The position numbers were made by a program, and so were the translations under genes. A stretch of DNA of 64,000 nt from Octopus sinensis (lineage: Eukaryota): the NCBI RefSeq assembly GCF_006345805.1, contig NC_043018.1, forward strand, positions 3,100,001 to 3,164,000, written 5' to 3'. Shown here one piece after another: positions 1-13,415 of the stretch (the first letter of the stretch is position 1; every line of letters starts with the position of its first letter). The notes below the pieces were generated by a model that made no database searches, was not told the origin of the DNA, and saw only the letters and a list, made by a program, of their open reading frames with translations.

Positions 1-74
1 ATAATAATAATCATGATAATAATAATAATATAATAATAATGATTATGATTATGATAATGATAATAATAATAGTG

Positions 75-105
<31 letters not shown>

Positions 106-239
106 CAACAATAATAACAATGATAATAATAATAATAATGATAATAATGATAACAATAATAATGATAATAATAATGATAATAGCAATGATAATAATAATA
201 ATAATAATAATCATGATAATGATAATAATAATAATCACG

Positions 240-303
<64 letters not shown>

Positions 304-355
304 TAATAATAATAATAATAATAATAAGGTCGAGGATGATGATGAGGATTATAAC
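1..355. repeat. (AAT)n trinucleotide microsatellite, imperfect
   Basis: Direct reading; the poly-Ile/Met ORFs here are artefacts of the repeat. Confidence 0.97.
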
Positions 356-731
356 AATGAGTCTAATTTGTTGTTTCGAATGAATTCCTTTTCTATTGAG
401 CACATTTATCTAAACGAAATTTATATGTTTATATTTAATCTGAACAAAGGGAAATTAAGGTTTCACTCTCTACTACCTCTCTATAAATTTGTAGATCAGT
501 CTAACCTATATATACATACATCCATTCAAACATATATATATGTCTATAACATACTTGAAATTGAAAACGCCAGTTTGCACAAAGGTAATGAATACCTATA
601 AATGAATACCTACAAGAATTCCCGCGTATATGTTTGTTCAAGTGGTAAAACTCATATAACGAGGCAAATATATAAACCAAACGTACCTGTGAGTGCTAAT
701 ATGCGCGCGTATTCGGCCGTAGCTGCAAAAA

Positions 732-790
<59 letters not shown>

Positions 791-1146
791 TGTTGTTGTG
801 CGTGCGTGTTTTTGTGGTGTAAACATGCATGTATGTATGTATATATATATATATATATTTATATATATACGTATGTATGTATGACAAATTTCCAATTGTA
901 TCACTCTGAGTGAAGAACTCGCAAACATAGAGAGTAGATATACAAACGATCACTTGAACACACGGGCAATATATATGTGTATATATAATGCAATATGCAT
1001 ATCTATATATGTATATATGTGCGTGTGTGTGTGTTCTTGTGTGTGTTTAAATATATATATAAATATATATAATATATTTGTAAGATACGTATTCGTATCT
1101 ATACAAATATGAGCATGGTGCTTAAGTATACACATATATATATATT

Positions 1147-1182
<36 letters not shown>

Positions 1183-1400
1183 ATATATAAGTATATGTAT
1201 GTATGTATGCATGTGTGCATGTATGTATGTAGGTATGTATGATTATATACATAGGAATGCATGCATCTGTATGGGTGGGCGTTATAAATATATGCCTATT
1301 AAATGCAAGGACATGCCTGTGACTACATGCGTGCGATGGAGTGAGTTAATATGTAGAATATATGTAAAGAAAATTCAGAAAAGAATATTTAGGCAAAAAC

Positions 1401-1442
<42 letters not shown>

Positions 1443-1617
1443 ATATTAATATATATATATATATATTATATATATATATACATATATATATATACAGTGC
1501 TATAATATATCAATATATAACACGTTAATACGTTTCTAAATGCTATGAAATGCAGCTACGATTCACCACACGCACCCAAATATATATATATTTATACATA
1601 CACACATATATGCATAC

Positions 1618-1648
<31 letters not shown>

Positions 1649-2022
1649 ACACATGTATGTATATATATACATATGTATATATATATATATATATGTATAC
1701 GAATATATATATACACACACATACGCATAAGCTGTTGCAGGAAATTGCTTTATTGCTGTTGAAGCAAACAATATATATTACGAAGATTCGTTGCTATGAC
1801 ACTGCAATATGAGAATATAAAACAGAACTCCACAGTTAACATTCGCTAGATATGATAGTGACAAACAGAGCTTTGTCGTCTCCATGAATGTACCATTAAA
1901 TATATATAACACATACACGCACAGACATTCATATACACTCATAGACACCCACACAAACGCACACACGCACACACACACACACACAAACACACTTGTGTTT
2001 ACACATATATATATATATAATG

Positions 2023-2054
<32 letters not shown>

Positions 2055-2174
2055 ATATGTATATAAATTTAGGATTATTTATGCGTAGCGTGATATACGT
2101 GTGCATATCTATCTTTGCTTAGCCACGTTCGTAATACATATACACGCAAACACACATTTATATACACACGCAGT

Positions 2175-2222
<48 letters not shown>

Positions 2223-2255
2223 CTGCGTGTGTATATAAATGTGTATATATGTGTG

Positions 2256-2296
<41 letters not shown>

Positions 2297-2726
2297 ATTA
2301 TATATATAATATATATATATAGAATATATAATACATATATACATCTCTGTATTATGGGTATATATATATCTGTATATATCTATGTATCTATTTGGCATTC
2401 TCAATGTTTTCTCATTCAACACATGTGGTAAAATAATAAATATTATATTTTATGTTTTTCTACAAAGAAGCTCATATTGTAATTAATGTCCTCACGTATT
2501 AAACGATGTATATTTATATATGAATGCAAGTTAGGATTTTAAACAAAGAGCTGGCATTTTTTTAAGGGGATCCCTACGTCGTTATTCTTTTCCAGGTCAC
2601 AGCCCCGGCAATTTGTGTAATACTTTTAAAAGCCGGCCTCTATTGATGAGATATCACTATATCTGCAGAAACTGAATAAAATCATATATAAAAAGATAGA
2701 TGGATTGATAGATAAATAGATTGATA

Positions 2727-2794
<68 letters not shown>

Positions 2795-2889
2795 ATAAAA
2801 CGGTAAGATAACAAAAGAAAGAAAGAGACCTCAATATTATGTAAATAGAGGAAATTATCTATACAATATGTTACATTACTCAGTAGTCA

Positions 2890-2951
2890 AGATAAAACTC
2901 TGAGTTTCAGATGCCGAAGTGGAAATCCAAACACCATCTCTTCGGTTATCT
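2890..2951 (-). ncRNA. Type I hammerhead ribozyme-like motif (mirror copy)
   Basis: Reverse complement of the 2958-3020 motif with a 1-nt deletion in stem II. Confidence 0.58.
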
Positions 2952-2957
2952 CCGAAG

Positions 2958-3020
2958 AGATAACCGAAGAGATGGTGTTGTGGATTTCCACTTCGGCATC
3001 TGAAACTCAGAGTTTTATCT
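2958..3020 (+). ncRNA. Type I hammerhead ribozyme-like motif (core CCGAAGA)
   Basis: Stem I AGATAA/TTATCT; core CCGAAGA; stem II GATG..GTGG-ATTT-CCAC..CATC; extra T; GAAA; stem III ACT-cag-AGT; cleavage triplet GUU (site after 3014). Confidence 0.6.
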
Positions 3021-3099
3021 TGACTACTGAGTAATGTAACATATTGTATATATATATACATATATATAATATATATATATATATAATATACAAACATAC

Positions 3100-3203
<104 letters not shown>

Positions 3204-3526
3204 CGTATATACAACAGAAAGAGCTCCTAACAGTTTCATTCATTCATGAGACTGGAACTGGTATATTTATAAAGTACGCTATGTATCTTAAAGCAGTCTT
3301 TGAGGCTGTGTTTATGCGTTTATATTTTAGCAAACAAGGACACGGTATAGGAAGATTATACGAACAAAATGTGAATATTTAAAGATTGGTATAAAAAACT
3401 GGAACGAGAAAAAAAGAAAGAAATCAAGAAAATTAAGATCTTCGTCCTCCCTGATTTCTGAAACCCATTAAATACGACTGGTTTATAAAAAAAGCCCTTC
3501 ATAGTATTATATATATTATATATATA

Positions 3527-3575
<49 letters not shown>

Positions 3576-3589
3576 CATATATATCGATA

Positions 3590-3830
3590 TATAAAATACA
3601 AAATGGGACAAGAGTGCAAAGCATCCAAATAGACGATACAAAAAACACGGACGGGTTTCGAAACCTCTAATCTTCAGTCAAGAACAAGATCCTCCTCGCA
3701 ATTTCGGCTGATTAATCTTGAGATTGCTCCAATCTGGCCAGCCCCAAGGAAAAACTAAGCTACGAGCAGTAGATGTCTTGGAAAAAGTATCGAATGTATA
3801 CAAAAACAAGGACCCAAAAATCGGACGATG
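3590..3830. mobile_element. Interspersed repeat segment, probably PLE pseudo-LTR/UTR
   Basis: Complex non-coding block between TA microsatellites, lying between the PLE hammerhead copies. Family identity is inferred from context only. Confidence 0.35.
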
Positions 3831-4296
3831 TTACACGAATATAAATACAAAAAATATATATATATAATACGAATATGAATAAAAGAAAAAAACTATTATA
3901 ATAATAATAATAACAGGACATGACAACAGGTGTCTTTTGAAAAATAAGGCCTTACGGAAGACGAAGAGTGTGATGTTAACGTGCCGGTGGTCCGAAGCAA
4001 GAGAGCTATAGTTGGCCAGCGGTCACGTGAGAAGAGAAGAGGGAAGAAAAGAGGGACAAAGGAATTAAAGAGGGGGAGAAGAGAGAGAGCGTGTAGACCG
4101 TAGAATCAAGGATTAGCGAGAAAAAGAAAGACAAGGACAGTGCAGTGCAAAGTAAGAAAGGCAAAGCAATATTAGAGAGGGGGAGAGAGTGTTGAAGTAG
4201 TACAAAGTTTAGTGAAATGTGTACTTACATATAAGAGAATAAAGTGTATATATATTATATCTGTAAATATAATATGTGACAATAATTCGGTAGCTA

Positions 4297-4359
4297 AGAT
4301 AAAACTCTGAGTTTCGGATGCCGAGGTGGAAATACACACCAACATCTCTACAGTTATAC
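4297..4359 (-). ncRNA. Type I hammerhead-like motif, third copy (core CTGTAGA)
   Basis: Minus strand reads TATAA-CTGTAGA-GATG...CATC-C-GAAACTCAGAG-TT-TTATCT; homologous to 2958-3020. Confidence 0.55.
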
Positions 4360-5165
4360 GCCCATCGGAAAAAGGCTATGAAAAAAGACCGTTATACAAA
4401 GGGAAAGTACTGTGTTATAGACCTCTATTTATACAAAAGCGCTATTCGAATATACCGCTAATTAAGATAAGTTTAAAAGTTCATAGTATACGCGTAAGCA
4501 CGTCTGTTCATACGTACACATGTACGCTCGCACACCCACGTGCGTATGCATGCATCACTAGAAAAACGTACACATCTTCACTCGCATCTTTCACGAAATT
4601 TATATGCATATACATACAAAACCACACACACGCGCACCGTAAAAGTTCATACATACGTCTATATACGCACAAGCACAAGAAAAAAGAGTAAACCACGTTC
4701 ATATACGGACATACCCTTATGCACGCACACACACACGCACACATGCCCATATACGCACATATCCACACACGTCTATGCGCGCACAAAAAGGATTATACAT
4801 ACGTCTAAAAAGGAAAAATTGTAAAAACACTGAGTAAAAACGTCTATATATATATGTACTCTTATGCCCGCACACACGCACTCATCTATATACATACATA
4901 CCTGCACACACGTACACACCTACATGCGCGTACATATGATTCCATATACACGTCTATATAGGCACAAGGAAAAATGCAGGTTGGAAGGTAGAGTACAGAA
5001 AAAATTATGTGTAAAAAAATGTATCTATAAACCAAATTCTCTATAATATATATATATAAATATATGAAAAAATAAAAGTAAAAGGTATAATCAGATAAAA
5101 AATATTTTGCGTGGACATAATATAGAAAGCAAGTTTTATCTGTAGTGTTGGGGTGACCAAAAACG

Positions 5166-5480
5166 TAACAAAAATTTGGTCACATGTGGACATGATCTGA
5201 ATAGTTCTGTCCTTGAGTTTTAACATGTAGCAGGTTCTAAGCTGCTTTTCCAGATGAGTCATCTTTCCATGTCGCATAGATCGCACTTTCCGCTGCCGTT
5301 GGTGTAGTGCTTACCTTTGACTAAAATCTTCCAGTGGATGTTGTAACTGACACCTTTATATTTTAAAGACCATATATGATTGGATAATTTTGACGTTTTC
5401 ATTTTGTCCCAGTGCCAAAAGCTCAAGGTGTGGTTATTGAACCTGACCTTGAAATTACCCTCTGTAAGGCCCACGTATTT
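5166..5480 (-). pseudogene. Penelope-like retroelement GIY-YIG endonuclease C-terminal fragment
   Basis: YVGLTEGNFKVRFNNH...SKLSNHIWSLK...IHWKIL...CDLC, then past two in-frame stops NSRTELFRSCPHVTKFLL; matches the PLE endonuclease pattern (YIG, R..NH, CxLC, N.R.EL...C.H..KF). Confidence 0.85.
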
Positions 5481-5870
5481 TTAGTCGAAACCTTATCTTT
5501 AGGGGGTATAGAGTCCACGGTATGTATAATCCTTTTTGTGCGTGCGTGTGTGTGTATGCATATATAGACGTGTGCGGGTCTTTATCTCATTCTAGAGTGT
5601 CGTCAGCATTTCATATACCATGCCACTTTCTCCTCCTCCTCTCCTCCTCCTCCTCCTCCTTCTTCTTCTTTTTCTTCTACTTTTTTCTTCTGTCAAAACA
5701 TAAGAAAATTAGAAGTTTGTTTTAAAAGTAATTTGATTATAATATGATAGTGTGATCTTAAGGTGTTTGCTATTATTACTATTATTATTATTATCAAATT
5801 CCCCTGAGGTCGATATTGTATTTCACACAAAGACATACATGCATACATACATACTTATATGTATATAAAT

Positions 5871-6017
5871 GAGCTGGTCCAAACAGTACGTCGGACGAAA
5901 TGCTTAGAGTTTATTTCGTCGGTCCTTACCTTTATAAGTTCAAATTCTGCCAAGGTTTCTTTTCCCGGGGTCGATAAAATAAGTGCCAGTTGAGCATAGG
6001 GCTCAATGTAATCGACT
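5871..6017 (+). mobile_element. Decayed SINE family A copy
   Basis: GAGCTGG...GAAATGCTTAG...GTTCAAATTCTGCC...GGGGTCGATAAAATAAGTGCCAG matches other family A copies. Confidence 0.65.
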
Positions 6018-8426
6018 GAATTACTGGTGTGTATGAGTATAGAACAATAAGCTGCATCCCTATGTCAAGCCATGTCGAGCCAGTGTTGGAGAGTAGGCTT
6101 ATAAAACCAAGATATCAGGCTCATATTCATAGCCTACACATCAGATTGTGGAGAAAAAAAACTGAAGCCCTCGTACCTGCAGTGCACTGAACACGGACAA
6201 TCCAATCCAGTCCAATCCCCACTCTCTCTCTCTCTCACTCTCTCTTCATATATATATATATATATATATATATTCACATACCTATATACATTTATATATA
6301 ACTACACTGCCAAGCACACCCCATACACACAAAGACCCATTTCTGCACAATACGCTCATATACATATAGACATACATGTGTGAGACTGTATGTATGTATA
6401 TATGTAAGTATGCATCTATGCATGTATGTATGTAAATATGTACGTATGTATGTATGTATGTATGTATGTATGTATGTATGTATGTATGTACGTATGTATG
6501 TATGTATGTATTTACGATGAAAGTTAGGCGCAAAATGCGAAAGCGTAGAGGCGTTAAAGTTCGTTTATTCCTTTCATCACTAAGTTGCTGGTATCGCTGT
6601 TAGTTTTGTCACCTTCGAATGTAAACGCTTCCACGAGCATTAATCAATATTATACTCCTTGTTTATTTCTTTTATCATATATGTTCTCCATAATAGTTTC
6701 AACTTTATCTGTGAGTGCGCCTGTGTATATGTGTTTTTGTGTCTCTATGTGTCTCGGTTATCGTATAAATCTTTATATATCATAAAATTTACTAGTACAA
6801 AAATCTTAAGATCGATATATCACATCTGTTTGTTGTGTACCGGGTTTTATATGTATTAGGCTAAGATACAAGGAAGACTTTTAATATGAATAAGGAAACG
6901 GTAATAAATAGATTTATTATTTAAGAATTTTTGCTAAATCCGCAAAAAAGAAATTATTTTTTAGTATATTTCTGAATATTATTTTTAGATCTGTGTATTA
7001 ATTGGCAGGCAACCACAAATTCAATGCAAATGTGCATTATACTACGTTACATTTTATCATTATATACGTTACACAGCGCAGCCTAATCTTTACTCTATTA
7101 CTATAGTCGTCCAGAGATGATTCGGTTTGCTGTTCCTCCGCACAAAATTTGACCACCTAACTGGATATTTTGCTACTACTCTATAATCTGCAGCGCTTTT
7201 ACATTCGACAATATTTAGAAGGAACTGTATGTTATCTAGGGAATATATATATATGGTCATGTGTTTCAGTCTCCATTTGCGCATGTGTGCTTGTCTGTTC
7301 TTATAACCTATGTACCTTTCCGTCTGTATATTTTCATGTCTATATACTTATATACATGTGCATATACACACGCACATATTATTACAGCATCCATGTAATA
7401 ATTTAAATTATTTTTTAAGGGAAGGTTAATCTCCGATATAATATTAGGCTTTTAAGAATATCTACGTAAATATTCACAAGGTTGGAAAGTAATATGTATT
7501 CCTTACATTGAAAATTACAATCAGTTTTCAGATCTGTGAAGAGTGATATAAATATTTCTTTATATTTTTCCACATTTCTCACTGACACACCATTAGATCA
7601 CATTGAAAATTTGGTTAACAATATATTTACAACAGACAGTTTTCACGTTAAGCTAACCAAAAGCAATTATCAAATAAGAAACTACGTTGTTTAAAATATA
7701 CTGTATGAGAGGAGCATGAAAATAGCATTCATGTTAATTTTAAACTATTGTAATTACAGAATTGTTACATAAATAAACGTACGGTGTAAAACGTTAATTA
7801 TGACAGGTTGTGCTAAGTGAGATTTATTTTGGTGATATATTATTTCTAGTAATTTTACTCAATTTATTTCTGTTCTCTGTGCAACAGTTTGAAGGGTTAT
7901 CTGCGTCTTCCATGCATAAATATATTCGTCGATTTATGAATCTACATGAACACAGCTAAGAAAATATATGAATCCATATTTATGTTTGTATGTGAGCGGG
8001 TATTTATGTATGTAGATGTGCATGTATATTTGTATGTACATTTGTATATACGTATATATGTACATTTGAGATTTATTTAACTCCATTTGCAACCTTGCTC
8101 GAGGTTGTGTACAAAGGGACAATGCTCTTAATAGCACCAATTTTATTAGTAGTCTGAGCTGTTTGATGTAGGCATATATGTATTAAATTCGCAAGTGTGT
8201 ATAAGTATATACGTTCATGTATGCACGTATGCATGCATGCATGTATGTATGTATGTAAGTATATATGTAAGTATGTATGTATGTATATATGCATGTATGT
8301 ATGTATGTATGTATGTATGTATGTATGTATGTATGCATGCATGCATGCATGTATGTATGTAAGTATATATGTAAGTATCTATGTATGTATATATGTATGT
8401 ATGCATGTATGTATGTATGTATGTAT

Positions 8427-8915
8427 AATGACATGCATAAGATCTGGTCATCAAATCTAAGTAGAGACTTCAAACTTGAATTATTCAAAGCCACAGTCGA
8501 ACCAATTCTACTATATGGCTCAGAAACCTGGACGTTATCAAAGAAGCTTGAGAGGCGGTTGGATGGAACCTACACTCGCCTCCTTATGAGAGCTCAAAAT
8601 CTAATGGAAGCACCATCCAACCAAAATGCAAATATATGGGAAACTACCACCTGTGTCATCTCTTGTGAAAGGTAGGAGAGTCCAGTTTGCTGGACATTGT
8701 TGTAGAGCTGAAAAGGAAGTAGTTTCTACTCTTCTCCTCTGGAAGCCACCTACTCGCAATACCAGAGGGCGCACACTCTCCTACCCTGATGTAATCTCCA
8801 GGGATACAGGCATCCAGCAACAGGACCTCCGTAATGCTATGATGGACCATGAAGTCTGGCGTAACATAGTAAATTCCATTGTCTCGACCACGGTCGAACA
8901 ATGATGATGATGATG
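8427..8915 (+). mobile_element. 5'-truncated RTE-type LINE 3' end with (TGA)n tail
   Basis: KIWSSNLSRDFKLELFKATVEPILLYGSETWTL...LDGTYTRLL, frameshift, then IYGKLPPVS...RRVQFAGHC...LLWKP...; the stop is followed by TGATGATGATG. Confidence 0.88.
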
Positions 8916-9054
8916 TATATATGTATGTGTGCAATATATATGTATGCATTTAATATTCATTTCTGTTTAATTTCCGAAAACTCCAGCCACTTACTTACAA
9001 TGTGAAGAAGCACTTTTGAGAAAGTGAAGACAGCGCTTGAGGTTTTAGCTGGTG

Positions 9055-9280
9055 AGGTGGGCGTGTGGTTTAGTGGTCAGATGCATGTACCTCACGATCG
9101 TAAGTTTCTCAGTTCGATTCCCGCCGCTCGTTCGGGTTCTTCAACAAAACGCTTTCTTTCACGTTACTCCAGTCTATTCCGCTGGCAAAAATAAGTTGTA
9201 CGTGTAATTCAAAGGACGAGACTTGTCACATTCTATGTCACGCTGAATCTCCTTGAGAACTACGTTAAGGGTACACATAT
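9055..9280 (+). mobile_element. tRNA-derived SINE, family C (short-core variant), partial
   Basis: A-box TGGTTTAGTGGT and B-box GTTCGATTCCC; 3' body shared with 9874-10264. Confidence 0.65.
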
Positions 9281-9771
9281 TTGAGGAGTTTTCTGCCACC
9301 TCCACGTTAAGTTCAGGAAGAGGGTTTTCTGTTGATTGGATCAATTCGAATTCTCTAGCTAAATCGTTCCCTAGACTCTGCACTTGTGCTTCACAGGGTA
9401 TAAGATTATATGCATGTTGGGATGTATATATGTAGTTAGATACGGAGACACCTGAGCGATTTATTAAAATTTTCTCTGTACAGAATTGAAAGCGGTGAAG
9501 AAATGACAAATAACTTTTACTGTCGTCAAGAGAGTTCTTCAGGTGTGGTTTTACTTAAATTTCTTTCAAATTTTTCATTTTATATTTTAGTTGTTTCACT
9601 CATTGAGGACGGGATAAACTGAAGCACCGCCCTCAGGGGTTTAGTTGTAGTAATTGACGTATTTCTTGTTTTAAGTTTCGTATTTAATTTATTGGTCTCT
9701 CAGGCTTAACTGCTTAATAAATGAACCAGCTCTAGTCAAACATTGTCGGTGGTGAAAAACACAGGCACAAC

Positions 9772-9836
<65 letters not shown>

Positions 9837-9873
9837 GTATGTATATATGTATAAGAATATATATATATATATA

Positions 9874-10264
9874 GTGGAAGTGGAAGCACTCCGTCGGTTA
9901 CGACGACGAGGGTTCCGGTTGATCCGAATCAACGGAACAGCCTGCTCGTGAAATTAACGTGTAAGTGGCTGAGTACTCCACAGACACGTGTACCCTTAAC
10001 GTAGTTCTCGGGGATATTCAGCGTGACACAGAGAGTGACAATGCCGGCCCTTTGAAATACGGGTACAACAGAAACAGGAAGTAAGAGTGAGAGAAAGTTG
10101 TGGTGAAAGAGTACAGCAGGGATCACCACCATCCCCTGCCGGAGACACGTGGAGCTTTAGGCGTTTTCGCTCAATAAACACTCACAACGCCCGGTCTGGG
10201 AATCGAAACCGCGATCCTTTGACCGCGAGTCCGCTGCCCTAACCACTGGGCCATTGCACCTCCA
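9874..10264 (-). mobile_element. tRNA-derived SINE family C, full length (~390 bp)
   Basis: Minus strand begins GGAGGTGCAATGGCCCAGTGGTTAGGGC..GGTTTCGATTCCCAG (pol III A/B boxes); homologous to 12952-13294. Confidence 0.85.
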
Positions 10265-10332
10265 TATATATCTATATATATATATATATATATATACATT
10301 ATATATATATAATATATATATGTATGTATATA

Positions 10333-10370
<38 letters not shown>

Positions 10371-10385
10371 TATGTATATATATAT

Positions 10386-10466
<81 letters not shown>

Positions 10467-10489
10467 CATACACATTTGTTGCATTCACC

Positions 10490-10690
10490 TACCTTTAGAA
10501 AACGTATGAGGGTTGGACATCAAATCGATATTACCTGAACAGGTGCATCGTGTGCCACGTGTGAGATGACGAAATGATCGCAAAGCAACGTGAAATGAAG
10601 TATTTTGCTTAAGAACACAACGTAACACCCGGTCTGGGAATCGAAACCACGATCTCACAATCGTGAGTGCATAAACATAACTACTATATA
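10490..10690 (-). mobile_element. tRNA-derived SINE, further family, partial
   Basis: Minus-strand head with GGTTTCGATTCCCAGACCGGG followed by a CORE-like segment. Confidence 0.55.
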
Positions 10691-10703
10691 GATATATATA
10701 CAC

Positions 10704-11091
10704 GAGTGGCTGTGTGGTAAGTAGCTTGCTAACCAACCACATGGTTCCGGGTTCAGTCCCACTGCGTGGCATCTTGGGCAAGTGTCTTCTGCTATAGCCC
10801 CGGGCCGACCAATGCCTTGTGAGTGGATTTGGTAGACGGAAACTGAAAGAAGCATGTCGTATATATGTATATATATATATATATGTGTGTGTGTGTTTGT
10901 CCCCCTAGCATTGCTTGACAACCGATGTTGGTGTGTTTACGTCCGCATCACTTAGCGGTTCGGCAAAAGAGACGGATAGAATAAGTACTGGGCTTACAAA
11001 GAATAAGACCCGGGGTCGAGTTGCTCGGTTAAAGGCAGTGCTCCAGCATGGCCGCAATCAAATGACTGAAACAAGTAAAATAGTAAAAGAG

Positions 11092-11092
<1 letters not shown>
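10704..11092 (+). mobile_element. tRNA-derived SINE family B (CORE-like) with internal TA/TG microsatellite
   Basis: GTGGCTGTGTGGTAAG A-box, GGTTCAGTCCC B-box, CORE-like TTGGGCAAGTGTCTT; homologous to 59419-59585 and 51935-52060. Confidence 0.8.
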
Positions 11093-11128
<36 letters not shown>

Positions 11129-12589
11129 TCTCATTTACATGCACATATATTTTTATAGATACACACACACAGACATATATATACTTACATACATATCTAT
11201 GTATTAATTCAAACACACACACACACGCATGGTCTTTCGCACAGCTTCAGTGACCCATATTCCTCCACAAAGCATTTCAGAGTCTATAGTAGATGACACT
11301 TGTCAATGTGCCGCAGTGTAACGGAACCGGAAACCAAATGAATCAATTCGAGCTTCTTAACCACACAACCGGTGATTCATTTATGCATCTATGTAAATAT
11401 ATATGTATGCGAGTTCATATGTATACGTGCGAGCTTTTGTGTTTGTATGTGTATGTTCGCGTATGTGTACTCTATATGTATACATGATTGTATGCATGTG
11501 GGCATCCAGAAACCTCGAACGAAGGGTACCTGGAATATTATACCTCTACAAAATGACTGATATAATTCTGATACAGACAAGAAAAATAATATGGTACAAC
11601 ATAGCGATGTAGCAATAAAGTGTTTTAAGAACATTTGATTTGAAGCAATATTCTAGATTCACACTCCTGCAATATTATCGATCTCTGCCTATCAGTAAGA
11701 CACAAGACTGCTCAAATATATAACAATAATGATTCAAATACTTAGATATAATTCTCAGTAGAAATAAACCTCATCAAAGAAGTACGTCATTGTATGTTTA
11801 GTTATCGTACACGTGACCACGTCCCTTTATATGTACTGGATATTATAGAGGACATATTCCCCCAACGCAAGCATAGGCTTATGTAGGGATTAACGATTAG
11901 TCGTTAAACCGTACACTACTTTTCATGAATTATATAGAAACAGAAAACACTTCATTTACAGTTCCAGAAATCACGGCTAATGAATCACTGTTTACAATCT
12001 TAAGGATAATGAGCTCCATAGAAATCATACTTCAACTGATGAAGATACTGTATAAGACCTAAAACAAACACAGCGTGAAAATGCCATTTATAATCCCTCA
12101 CTTGTCCAACTCGCCATTATTATTTAAAAGCGTAATCAATAAAATTAGGAGAGAGACTCCCCACACTTCTAATAGAGTGCTCCTTGATAGAGTTATCAAA
12201 TATGCAATAACAATTTAGCATATATGTGAGTGTGTTTGTGTGTGAGTGTGTTTGAGTGTGTGTATGTATGTATGTGTAATTGTGAGTGTGGATGTTGAGA
12301 GTGAATGTAGGCAGGATAAAATCCAAGCTATGTTCTCGTGAAGAACACCAGCATTACATCCAGGATGTATTTAATGTCGTTGTTCAGGTAATGTGAGATA
12401 CGCATTAGAGTTGAAAATTCTAGAAATATTCGTTGCATAGTTATTACATACAAAAAGAGGAAGTTGGAAAATTTTTCGGTATCATTCATTCACCTCACTT
12501 AGCCTTTCATACTTCCGGATTTTGCATACGGACGCATAAAGCATAAGAGGACACGTATATGCATATTGCTATCAGTTGACAATTTCCTC

Positions 12590-12694
12590 TGTCTTAACGT
12601 TCTGAGTTCAAAGTCGATAAATTAAGTACCAGTTGCATACAGGGATCATCTGGCCCCCTCTTCGCAAAATTTCGGTCCTTGTGCCTAGAGTAGA
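12590..12694 (+). mobile_element. SINE family A, alternative tail B, internally deleted
   Basis: GTTCTGAGTTCAAA-GTCGATAAATTAAGTACCAG...CCTTGTGCCTAGAGTAGA. Confidence 0.7.
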
Positions 12695-12695
12695 C

Positions 12696-12726
<31 letters not shown>

Positions 12727-12876
12727 GGCTAAGGAAGAGAGAAGATAGAATATACGAGAATTATTATTCAGGTCATCCTATAATTCTGTCCGATTTTACT
12801 TTTTTAGCTAAATAATTTGTCAGTTTATAGAAACTACCATAGGAGTCATGGCTGAGTCAGTAAAATAGTAACGGGA

Positions 12877-12947
<71 letters not shown>

Positions 12948-12951
12948 CAGA

Positions 12952-13294
12952 GTGGAGGAGCCATGGCTCAGTGGTTGAGGTAGCGAAATCGAGGTCGTAG
13001 TGATTATTGAGCGAAAACACCTAAAGCTCCACGAGGCTCCGGCAAGGGCTGGTGGCGAACCCTGCTGTACACCTCACCACAATTTTCTCTCACTCTTTAT
13101 TCCTCTTTTTGTTGTACCTGTATTTCAAAGGCCAGCATAGTCACATTCTGTATCACGTTGAATCACCCCGAGAACTACGTTAGGGGTTCACGTGTCTGTG
13201 GAGTGCTCAGCCACTTGCACGGTAATTTGATGAGCAGGCCGTTCTGTTGATCGGATCAGCTGGAACCCTCGTCGTCGTAACCGACGGAGTGCTA
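12952..13294 (+). mobile_element. SINE family C copy
   Basis: Reverse-complement homologue of 9874-10264 with a deletion in the head. Confidence 0.8.
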
Positions 13295-13415
13295 CGGCGA
13301 CATATACAACGTGAGTGAGCGAGGTAAAGAGAGAGAAAGAGAGAGAGAGAGAAGTGCGATCCGAAAAGATATTGGCAGTTAGTAAAAATCAAGCATATTC
13401 CTGGCTTGTATAGAC

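Larger units (their letters stand above)
2860..3050. mobile_element. Near-perfect palindrome (93/94-bp arms, CGAA loop); probable inverted pseudo-LTR pair of a Penelope-like element
   Basis: 2860-2952 is the reverse complement of 2957-3050 apart from one indel. A diverged arm copy lies at 4295-4360 and a PLE endonuclease at 5166-5480. Confidence 0.75.

Noticed and set aside
3645-3690. Minus-strand CTGAAGA-N11-GAAAC-CC-GTC hammerhead-like core
   Set aside because: Neither stem I nor stem II pairs in this copy; not supportable without a family consensus.
8277-8675. 132-aa ORF joining MYVC repeats to an RT C-terminal peptide
   Set aside because: An accidental fusion of an (ATGT)n tract with a truncated LINE, not a gene.
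9874-10264. tRNA gene-like A/B boxes in SINE heads
   Set aside because: No full cloverleaf and always attached to SINE bodies; not called as tRNA genes.
12030-12070. CTGATGA followed by a weak stem
   Set aside because: No GAAA core and no stem I.
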